Source of the DNA: Squalus acanthias
Lineage: Eukaryota
Direction: 5' to 3'
NCBI GenBank assembly: GCA_030390025.1
Contig: JASTWF010000036.1
Span: 3,164,001-3,228,000 of the forward strand
DNA: 64,000 bases
Each line of letters opens with the position of its first letter. The first letter of the stretch is position 1. The notes under the pieces were generated by a model, which saw only the letters and a program-made list of their open reading frames with translations, was not told the origin of the DNA and ran no database searches. A program made the translations under genes and the position numbers. This document shows positions 13,401-25,400 of this stretch, piece after piece.

Positions 13401-16400
13401 TTTTTTTACTTCTTTAGCTTTATTTTTTTATTCTTAGTCAAATCTATAACTCCTCCAACAACAACAACAACTTGCATTTATATAGCACCTTGTTGTTGAA
13501 GGTGAGGCTGGAGGAGACAGGGGAGAGGGGTTTAAGAAGACGGTTAGCAGTGGAGAATAGAAGCCGGGGTTTATCTTTGCGTTCCAGGATGATTCTGGAA
13601 TAGTGAGCAGTTTTGGCAGACGAGAGCAGGACCCGATAGTGCTTTATGTGGTCCAGCCAGATCTGGCGGTGAATGGCTAAACCAGTTGTCTGCCATATCC
13701 ATTCAAGTCTGCGTCCCTTGGACTTAAGGGCGCGAAGATGAGAACCGTACATGGGGGAATGGCCAGGGTGAGAGCGAGTAATGGTTTTAGTCGGGACTAG
13801 GGCATCAAAGGTGGAGGTGAGGGTGTGGTTGAGCAGATCAGTAGCTGCAGAAATGCCATGGTGAATGGAGGGCCAGAGGCTGGACAGTTGAAATTTTGAA
13901 AGTGCAGTTGTAAGTGAGTTGGGAGAGAGTTTTTTCCAGGGGCGGACACAGAAGGAAGTAGGGCTGGGAGGGGAAAGGGGATGTGGGTGGAGAACGATAC
14001 AAGGAAGTGATCAGAGATGGCCATTTTGGAGGTGGGAATGACTTTCAAACCCTTGGGTGTTGATTGGCTTACGGGTGGCTCCAACGGCTGTGCGTTTAGC
14101 CAATCAATAGCTAGAATAGTCATGATTGACACAGCTGCAACACACACATGATCAAGACAGCGTCTGCTAGATGTTCAGAATGGGAAGTGGTGGGGTCATT
14201 GAACTCGCCCGAAACCCACACAGCTGTAGAACAGCTGGACAAGTAAGATCTGTGTCGGAACGAGGCAATGGGTTTTGGTTAGCTCCGAACCTATGGAGGA
14301 AAATGTTTCACTCAACCGCACCTTTTTGGTCATTGCCACCTAAATTTACCAAGCCGAACCTGTTGAAAGGAAGAGCGTGTTTAACAATTTGGGTCAGTTA
14401 CCAGGGTCTGACTCTTCTTTCCTTCTGTCTGGTGAGCCACAGATTGTTGTTGGCCAGCATCGTCACCCTGTGCCCTCTCTGTGTCACGTTTCACTCGTTT
14501 ATTATCGCTAAACGTCTGTCAGGGAAAAGAAAAAAAGATTAGAGCACATCGTTCCGAAACTATTTCTAAGATTCTAAAGTGTAAACTTTTATTGAAAACA
14601 AATGTGACTCCTCCACCCCACGAAAGAAGATATTGGTGCATTTGTAACACAAGGCAATAAAACGTTCTTCTGGGGACGGGTGGATCACTCTCCTTTCATC
14701 CTCAAGTCCTGGGTCTGAGTCCAGCCCTCACTGATGGGTTGAAAATGTCTTTTCACTGCTCGTTGGAATAGTCCAACACCAAATGAGTTTGGGCAGTTTC
14801 AGTCCCAGTTTTCTTTTTACTTCATTCACAGGATGTGGGCGTCGCCAGCATTTATTGCCCATCCCTAATTGCCCTCGAGAAGGTGGTGGTGAGCCGCCTT
14901 CTTGAATACAACTGAGTGTCTTGCTAGGCCATTTCGGAGGGCAGTTAAGAGTCAACCACATTGCTGTGAGTCTGGAGTCACATATAGGCCATACCGGGTA
15001 AGGACGGCAGATTTCCTTCCCTAAATTTTTACTATAATCCGGTAGTTTCATAGTCACCGTTACTAATACTAGCTTTTTTATTCCAGATTTATTTATTTGA
15101 ATTTAAATTCCCCAGCTGCCGTGGTGGGATTTGAACTCTTATTACTGGATCATTAGTCCAAGTCTCTTCAGATTACTTGTCCAGTAACATAACCACCATG
15201 CTACCTGTGGGTTTACAGAATCAAGCTGCTCATTGCTTAGCACTAACCACCCACAACACATTAAATCTCACTCGGAGACATCACAAAAATTCTTGATGTA
15301 GGAAATGCTACTAACTCCCACAGGGGGTAGCTCTTGACTTTGTGCATGATGTGGAGATGCCGGTGTTGGACTGGGGTGGACAAAAGTGAGAAGTCGCACA
15401 ACACCAGGTTATAGTCCAACAGTTTTATTTGAAATCACAAGCTTTCGGAGCGGCTGCTCCTTCGTCAGCTTCACGTCACCTGACGAAGGAGCAGCCGCTC
15501 CGAAAGCTTGTGATTTCAAATAAACCTGTTGGACTATAACCTGGTGTTGTGCGACTTCTCACTTTTGACTTTGTGCGACAGTGTAAAACGGACACTAGCG
15601 AGTCGGCAGCCCGTTTTACATCTCTCCCGCTTCCACGTCTGTCCCGAGACACAGACAGACTCTTTAGTAGGAGGCAGGGTTTGTTACAGAGCTGCTTACC
15701 AGATTAAGAGGGTTGACAGCGCGCCCAGGAGAGCACTGTGTATTCTTGGCCCCTTCAAATTCGATTTTCATTGGGTACAACAGCCATTTACCATTGCTGA
15801 TCTCATAAGGCCATCGGATGTTCAGGAAAGCAGAGCTGAAGGTTTTCAGGACCTTGCCTGTGTTTAGCACCTGATGGATAGAGAAGATGGACCATTAACT
15901 CTGGCACTCCTCGAGCTGTGTTCAGTGATCTCCTCCTCATGTTTTAACACAGTTGGCAACAGGCATGGCAAAGAAGCCACTTTTTTCAATCCCCTTTATA
16001 GACCGGACTTCAAAAAGGAAAATCAAAGTTGTTTGGAACAAACATATCAACGTTCTCCTTATCTCTGTTTCTTATTGGAAAGTTTTTGACAAACAATCCA
16101 TACTTTTTCTTTTTGACTTTGCGTAAAATATCGGCAGCAGTACAGAACATTCTGGAACAGGAACGTGATTATAATTCTTGCTTGCTACTAAAGATATGAT
16201 TTAAGAGTCATTCTCAAGTAGTCCTTGGTCTTCCTGGATGGTGTGCGGTAGCAGGTGGAGCCAGCAGGGGCCAGTGACATTAGGGTAGCACGGAGTGGTG
16301 AATGAGTTAACAGTGATGGGCGCAAGCACTAAAGGAGTGGGACAGGAATCATATTCCTGTTATAAAGGCAAAAATTATCAATAGAACCAATAAACCTCAT

Positions 16401-19400
16401 AACCCTCAAAGTCCCTCCCAAGAATAATCAGGAATACAATCCCAATGTATACCTCCAATGCACAAGGAGGTAAATTCACCTATTGCACACTCCCAGGGGG
16501 AAGCCACATTCAAAGGGGTCGTGGATCGGAGCTAGGGCCACAATAGCTAAGTCTCAGCAACACTCTTTGAGCGCAACTCTTTGCTGGGAGTACAGGATCA
16601 GTGAATTCACCTGAAAATCTCTTCTCATTCACTCCCATTTTATAGAATTCCAATGACCGCAAGCCACTTTCTGTGTTCTAGAATCCTAACGGGCCAAACC
16701 ATTTCCTATTTACTTCTTTTTTAAAGAATCTCAGTGATTCCTGATTCCTTAGATGTGCCAAATTCCTCCCCATTCCACGGAATTCCAATATACCAAAATC
16801 ATTTGTTACAGGACTTTATTCCTTTAAAAAAATAATTTTTTATTTGTTTTTATGGGATGTGGGCGTCGCTGGCAAGGCCAGCATTTATTGCCCATCCCTA
16901 ATTGCCCTTGAGAAGGTGGTGGTGAGCTGCCTTCTTGAACCGCTGCAGTCCGTGTGGTGAAGGTGCTCCCACAGTGCTGTTAGGGATGGAGTTCCAGGAT
17001 TTTGACCCAGCGACGATGAAGGATCGGCGATATATTACCAAGTCAGGATGGTGTGTGACTTGGAGGTGGTGGTGTTCCCATGCGCCTGCTGCCCTTGTCC
17101 TTCTAGGTGGAAGAGGTCGCGAGTTTGGGAGCTGCTGCCAAAGAAGCCTTGGCGAGTTGCTGCAGTGCATCTTGTAGATGGTACACACTGCAGCCACGGT
17201 ACGCCGGTGGTGGAGGGAGTGAATGTTTAAGGTGGTGCCAATCAAGCGGGCTGCTTTGTCCTGGATGGTGTCAAGCTTCTTGAGTGTTGTTGGAGCTGCA
17301 ACTCATCCAGACAAGTGGAGAGTATTCCATCACACTCCTGACTTGTGCCTTGTAGATGGTGGAAAGGCTTTGGGGAGTCAGGAGGTGAGACACTCGCCAC
17401 AGAATACCCAGCCTCTGACCTGCTCTTGTTGCCACAGTATTTATGTGGCTGGTCCAGTTAAGTTTCTGGTCAATGGTGACCCCCAGGATGTTGATGGTGG
17501 GGGATTCGGCGATGGTAATGCCGTTGAATGTCAAGGGGTGATGGTTAGACTCCTGCTTGTTGGAGATAGTCATTGCCTGGCACTTCTGTGGTGCGAATGT
17601 TACCTGCCACTTATCAGCCCAAGCCTGAACGTCGTCCAGGTCTTGTTGCATGCGAGCATGGACTCAATCAGTAACTATTGAATCTTTTGTACTTGCCGTT
17701 AATTCGTAGTCAACACTGCTCCCCACATCCTCTTCTTTGCGCATCGCGCTCTCTCCCACTATGTCACCTCCAAAAAAGACATGATGAGGTGTAACAAATC
17801 TGTGAAATGGAGAAAGAACCAGCATTAAACAGGATCCACTGGTTATACAGCTCCTCTGGTAGCCAACTGCAAACAAATAATCTTGCAGTAATGGAGACAG
17901 CATCATGAATCAGGGAGGGTGAAGATCACAAGACGATGGATCTCTCTGGTAGTTGGCACCTGGCACTGTCAGTTGGTGCTTGGCCAAAAGCAGAACTAAC
18001 ATTGAGTTGCAATCCAGGCTGTTGGGGTGATAGGCTCCTCTCTTTGGTGGCCGCAGGGGTCTGAAGCACCTAAAATACAAAAGTTATTGCTGGGTGCCAG
18101 GAAAGGCACCGCTTATAATTCAGGACCAATTTGAACGTACAGTAATTGGTAATCTCACTCAGAGAGACGATAAAGATGGTTGTTGTAGCACCTCACTGAC
18201 CCACACTGGCTCCCCACCCCCTCCCAATGCATCCATAAGAACATAAGAAATAGGAGCAGGAATAGGCCACTTGGCCCCTCGAGCCTGCTCCGCCAGTCAA
18301 TAAGATCATGGCTGATCTTGGGCTCAAAGCCACTTCCCTGCCTGATCCCCATAACCCTTCACTCCCTTATCTTGCAAAAATCTGTCTATCTCCACCTTAA
18401 ATGTATTTAATGACCCAGCCTCCACGGCTCTCTGGGGCAGAGAATTCCACAGATTTACCACCCTCTGAGAGAAGAAATTCCTCCTCATCTCAGTTCTAAA
18501 AGGGCGACCCTTTATTCTGAAACTGTGCCCCCAAATTCTAGATTTCCCCGCGAGGGGAAACATCCTCTCTGCAGCTACCTTGTCGAGCCCCCTCAGTATC
18601 TTATATGTTTCAATAAGATCACCTCTCATTCTTCTAAATTCCAATGAGTATAGGCCCAGCCTGCTCAACCTTTCCTCATAAGTCAACCCCCTCATTTAAT
18701 CTTTCTTCATAAGTCCACCCCCTTGTTTCATCTTCAAATCTCTCCAAGGCCTTGTATCTCCCTACCTCTGCAACCTCTTCCAGCCTTACATGTCCTCCTG
18801 CACCCTTTAGTCCTTCCATGTATCTGCCCTCCCTTCGCCCAACGTTGATGACAGGGCAAAAAGAAAATACTGCAGATGCTGGAAATCTGAAATAAAAACA
18901 GAAAATGCTGGAAATACTCAGCAGGTCAGGCAGCATCTGTGAAGAGAGAAACAGAGTTAACGTTTCAGGTCGATGACCCTTCGTCAGAACTGGAAAAAAG
19001 CAGGAAATGGAACAGATTTTTAAGCAAGGGTAGGGGCTGGGAAAGGGGGGAGGGGATGAAAGAACAAAAGGGAAGGTCTGTGATAGGGTGGAAGGCAGGA
19101 GAGATTAAGAGACATTAAGAGATATTCAAAAGGAGATGGTAATGGGACAGGTTAAGAAACAAAGGATGGCTCTAGATGAAGTGTAAATTGCGCTGGCAGA
19201 ATGAAAGACAGCTGCCATGTGGGAGAGAAGAACAGAATGTTGATGACAGGGCCTCCAGTTGCCTTGACCGCACCTCTCCAGAACTTCCTCCGTCAACCAC
19301 CCGCCCCCCGCCCGCCTCTCGAGTTCTCCATCCTCCTTCTAAAGACCTTCCCAAGACCCACCTTTTCGACCAAGCTTTCAGCCACTTTCCCAAACCTGCC

Positions 19401-22400
19401 TCGTGGCTCATTATTTAGTGCTTTGGGACGCCTTGTACTGTGAAAGCAAGCAGTAGTAGCTGCTGTTGTTAGATTACATCCTTGAAATCACTCCCTGCTG
19501 TTGTCATTTTTTTATCTTATTCTGCTGCTTTTCATTTTGCGTGAATTTTCGGAGGTGCGGTCTTTCGGATGAGATGTTAAACCGAGGCCCCGTCTGCCCT
19601 ATCGGGTGGATGTGACAGAGCCCATGGCACTATTTCGAAGAAGAGCAGGGGAGTTCTCCCCGGTGTCCCGGCCAATATTTATCCTGCAACCTACGCCACC
19701 AAAATCAGATCATAGAATAGAAGAATTGAATCACAGAATGGTTACAGCACGGAAGGAGGCCATTCGGCCCGTCGAGCCTGTGCCGGCTCTCTGCAAGAGC
19801 ACTTCAGCTAGTCCCACTCCCCCGCCCTTTCCCGTAGTCCTGCAAATTGTTTTCTTTCAGGTACTTATCCAGTTCCCTTTTGAAAGCTGTGATTGAGTCT
19901 GCCTTCACAACCCTTTCAGGCAGTGCATTCCAGATCCTAACCACTCGCTGAGTAAAAAAGTTTTTCCTCATGTCGCCTTTGGTTCTTCTTCCAATCACCT
20001 TAAATCTGTGTCCTCTAGTTCTCGACCCTTCCGCCAATGGGAACAGTTTCCCTCACTCTACTCTGTCTAGACCCCTCATGATTTTGAACACCTCTATCAA
20101 ATCTCCTCTCAACCTTCTCTGCTCCAAGGAGAACAACTCCAGCTTCTCCAGTCTATCCACGTAACTGAAGTCCCTCATCCTGAACCATTCTTGTAAATCT
20201 TTTCTGCACCCTCTCTAAGGCCTTCACATCCTTCCTAAAGTGCGGTGCCCAGAATTGGACACAATACTCCAGTTGAGGTTGGACCAGTGTTTTATAAAGG
20301 TCCGTCTTGTTTCAGTCTTGTTCATAAATATTTCTAATTTAAATTTGTTCATTCATTCACCTGACGTTTGTGGGAGAAAGAAAGGAAGGAATGAAGGAAG
20401 GAAAATAACTTGCATTTCTATAGCGCCTTTCACGACCTCCGGACGTCCCAAAGCGCTTTACAGCCAATGAAGTGCTTTTTGAAGTGTGGTCACTGTTGCA
20501 ATGTAGGAAACGCGGCAGACAATTTGCGCACAGCAAGCTCCCACAAACAGCAATGAGATAATGACCAGATCAGTTGTTCTGCAGAAATTGGCTGCTGCAT
20601 TTGCCTGCTAAACAGTGACCACACTTCAAAAGTACTTCATCGGTTTTAAATCACATTCCTGAGGCCCTGAAAGACGCTATATCAATGCAACTTCTTTCTT
20701 GTGCAGTTCTTGTACTGTGGGAGCGCGTCGACAGGGTGCTGGGTTGAGACTGCTCAAATTCATTGCATGTGGGACATTCAGAGCCGGCAGACAGAGGGGA
20801 CTTTCGTCCCATCACTCTCAGCTGGGCTCATACCCAGGTCATAGGTCAGTGTCTAACCCGCTGCCCTCTGAACTTTGACACTCACTCTTTAAACAGGTAA
20901 CAACCTTGCAACAGAGGGAGCTGAGTTCGAATAGGAAAGTGCGAGTTAGGAGGGAATGCTTACCCAGAGAGAGAGAGCGGCAGTACAATCATGACATGGG
21001 CACTGGCTGTGACTGGGTTCAAGTCGGCCTGTTCACTGATGCTGTAAAAAGAAGCAAAAAATCAACATTTCATGATTCTCATCATAATAATTATATATAT
21101 CATCAGATAAATAAATTCTCATGTCCTGAAGCAGGGCAGGTGAGAGGACAGCAGGTGGCGCCCTTGTACCAGTCGGTAACATGGTACGAAGTGCAACAGC
21201 ACCCTCTGCTGGCAGAAATCCAGTACTGCGTCAATTTCTATAGTCTATTAAAAAGGAAATGAAGGATAGTCATGCATGCCATGGATATCAGGGTGGCACA
21301 GTATATTACAGCACCAATACTATGCAGTGTCGGGAGGTGGGCGGTTGCTTTAATTTCCCTACTCCGCTCAGTGCTTGATCTCAGCTGCCATGGGGAAATG
21401 CTGAGCGGAAGGAAGAAGCCGACACCACAGGAAAGGAGAATCAGAGGCAATCTCGTTTGGAAGCCAATCTCCTGCACCTCCTGGAGAAGGCTGACAGCGG
21501 CTGAGCTGAGGCGGCAGGTTAACCACACTCAGCACTCAAGGGGGAAATAAAAGCTGCAAATACACAGCAGGTCAGTCAGTGACTGCAAATAGAGAGGACA
21601 GGTTAGCAGGTTAATGCTGTCGCAACAACTTGCATTACCACCAAACAGAGCGCCCCCTGCTGCCACAGGGAGCAACATGTTCAGGTCTGCAACGAGTCAA
21701 ATATCAGTGAATTCAAATTTTCTTAATACACTTAAAATGTTAACCTGTCTTGACAGATATTTCCGGCATTTTCTATTTTTATTCCACCCAGAGTAACTAT
21801 ATAGTCAGGGGAGCCCAAAGTAACAAGATAGAAAAATAGGACATCATTCCCTGGCAATAAAAACAAAAACGTCAGGTCCCTCGCAGGTGATCCTGTTCTA
21901 CTTCACCGCATCGAACCGCACTCACGTTGTTAGTTGAAGAATGACTGGCAGACTGGTGGTTTCGATGGGGATTCTAGAAGTGCTTAAGCTCAGGTAAAAG
22001 GTGACCTATGAAACAAAGTATGGAGAGTCAGTACAACTGTGTGATAGTGGACATCTACACCAAGCAACTCTCCAATCTCAGCACAGCAATCAGCCAGTAA
22101 AAACTCCTTCTACACTGTCCCGTCAAACACTCCCAGAGCAGGTACAGCACGGGGTTAGATACAGAGTAAAGCTCCCTCTACACTGTCCCATCAAACACTC
22201 CCAGGGCAGGTACAGCACGGGTTAGATACAGAGTAAAGCTCCCTCTACACTGTCCCATCAAACACTCCCAGGGCAGGTACAGCACGGGTTAGATACAGAG
22301 TAAAGCTCCCTCTACACTGTCCCATCAAACACTCCCAGGGCAGATACAGCACGGGGTTAGATACAGAGTAAAGCTCCCTCTACACTGTCCCATCAAACAC

Positions 22401-25400
22401 TCCCAGGGCAGGTACAGCACGGGGTTAGATACAGAGTAAAGCTCCCTCTACACTGTCCCATCAAACACTCCCAGGGCAGGTACAGCACGGGTCAGATACA
22501 GAGTAAAGCTCCCTCTAAACCGTCCCATCAAACACTCCCAGGGCAGGTACAGCACGGGTTATATACAGAGTAAAGCTCCCTCTACACTATCCCATCAAAC
22601 ACTCCCAGGGCAGGTACAGCACGGGGTTAGATACAGAGTAAAGCTCCCTCTACACTATCCCATCAAACACTCCCAGGGCAGGTACAGCACAGGGTTAGAT
22701 ACAGAGTAAAGCTCCCTCTACACTGTCCCCATCAAACACACCCAGGACAGGTACAGCACGGGTTAGATACAGAGTAAAGCTCCCTCTACACTGTCCCATC
22801 AAACACTCCCAGGGCAGATACAGCACGGGTTATATACAGAGTAAAGCTCCCTCTAAACCGTCCCATCAAACACTCCCAGGGCAGGTACAGCACGGGTTAT
22901 ATACAGAGTAAAGCTCCCTCTACACTGTCCCATCAAACACTCCCAGGGCAGGTACAGCACGGGTTAGATACAGAGTAAAGCTCCCTCTACACTATCCCAT
23001 CAAACACTCCCAGGGCAGGTACAGCACAGGGTTAGATACAGAGTAAAGCTCCCTCTACACTGTCCCCATCAAACACACCCAGGACAGGTACAGCACGGGT
23101 TAGATACAGAGTAAAGCTCCCTCTACACTGTCCCATCAAACACTCCCAGGGCAGATACAGCACGGGTTATATACAGAGTAAAGCTCCCTCTAAACCGTCC
23201 CATCAAACACTCCCAGGGCAGGTACAGCACGGGTTATATACAGAGTAAAGCTCCCTCTACACTGTCCCATCAAACACTCCCAGGGCAGGTACAGCAAGGG
23301 TTAGATACAGAGTAAAGCTCCCTCTACACTATCCCATCAAACACTCCCAGGGCAGGTACAGCACAGGGTTAGATACAGAGTAAAGCTCCCTCTACACTAT
23401 CCCATCAAACACTCCCAGGGCAGGTACAGCACGGGGTTAGATACAGAGTAAAGCTCCCTCTACACTATCCCATCAAACACTCCCAGGGCAGGTACAGCAC
23501 GGGGTTAGATACAGAGTAAAGCTCCCTCTACACTGTCCCCATCAAACACTCCCAGGGCAGGTACAGCACGGGGTTAGATACAGAGTAAAGCTCCCTCTAA
23601 ACCGTCCCATCAAACACTCCCAGGGCAGATACAGCACGGGTTAGATACAGAGTAAAGCTCCCTCTACACTATCCCATCAAACACTCCCAGGGCAGGTACA
23701 GCACGGGGTTAGATACAGAGTAAAGCTCCCTCTACACTGTCCCATCAAACACTCCCAGGGCAGGTACAGCACGGGGTTAGATACAGAGTAAAGCTCCCTC
23801 TAAACCGTCCCATCAAACACTCCCAGGGCAGGTACAGCACGGGGTTAGATACAGAGTAAAGCTCCCTCTACACTGTCCCATCAAACACTCCCAGGGCAGG
23901 TACAGCACGGGTTAGATACAGAGTAAAACTCCCTCTACACTGTCCCGTCAAACACTCCCAGAGCAGGTACAGCACGGGGTTAGATACAGAGTAAAGCTCC
24001 CTCTACACTGTCCCATCAAACACTCCCAGGGCAGGTACAGCACGGGTTAGATACAGAGTAAAGCTCCCTCTACACTGTCCCATCAAACACTCCCAGGACA
24101 GGTACAGCACGGGTTAGATACAGAGTAAAGCTCCCTCTACACTGTCCCATCAAACACTCCCAGGGCAGATACAGCACGGGGTTAGATACAGAGTAAAGCT
24201 CCCTCTACACTGTCCCATCAAACACTCCCAGGGCAGGTACAGCACGGGGTTAGATACAGAGTAAAGCTCCCTCTACACTGTCCCATCAAACACTCCCAGG
24301 GCAGGTACAGCACGGGTCAGATACAGAGTAAAGCTCCCTCTAAACCGTCCCATCAAACACTCCCAGGGCAGGTACAGCACGGGTTATATACAGAGTAAAG
24401 CTCCCTCTACACTATCCCATCAAACACTCCCAGGGCAGGTACAGCACGGGGTTAGATACAGAGTAAAGCTCCCTCTACACTATCCCATCAAACACTCCCA
24501 GGGCAGGTACAGCACAGGGTTAGATACAGAGTAAAGCTCCCTCTACACTGTCCCCATCAAACACACCCAGGACAGGTACAGCACGGGTTAGATACAGAGT
24601 AAAGCTCCCTCTACACTGTCCCATCAAACACTCCCAGGGCAGATACAGCACGGGTTATATACAGAGTAAAGCTCCCTCTAAACCGTCCCATCAAACACTC
24701 CCAGGGCAGGTACAGCACGGGTTATATACAGAGTAAAGCTCCCTCTACACTGTCCCATCAAACACTCCCAGGGCAGGTACAGCACGGGTTAGATACAGAG
24801 TAAAGCTCCCTCTACACTATCCCATCAAACACTCCCAGGGCAGGTACAGCACAGGGTTAGATACAGAGTAAAGCTCCCTCTACACTGTCCCCATCAAACA
24901 CACCCAGGACAGGTACAGCACGGGTTAGATACAGAGTAAAGCTCCCTCTACACTGTCCCATCAAACACTCCCAGGGCAGATACAGCACGGGTTATATACA
25001 GAGTAAAGCTCCCTCTAAACCGTCCCATCAAACACTCCCAGGGCAGGTACAGCACGGGTTATATACAGAGTAAAGCTCCCTCTACACTATCCCATCAAAC
25101 ACTCCCAGGGCAGGTACAGCACGGGTTAGATACAGAGTAAAGCTCCCTCTACACTATCCCATCAAACACTCCCAGGGCAGGTACAGCACAGGGTTAGATA
25201 CAGAGTAAAGCTCCCTCTACACTGTCCCCATCAAACACACCCAGGACAGGTACAGCACGGGTTAGATACAGAGTAAAGCTCCCTCTACACTATCCCATCA
25301 AACACTCCCAGGGCAGGTACAGCACAGGGTTAGATACAGAGTAAAGCTCCCTCTACACTATCCCATCAAACACTCCCAGGGCAGGTACAGCACAGGGTTA

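Noticed and set aside
22170..22190. CTCF site in every satellite unit (GTGTAGAGGGAGC)
   Set aside because: Lacks the CCAS half of the core; too weak without a PWM scan
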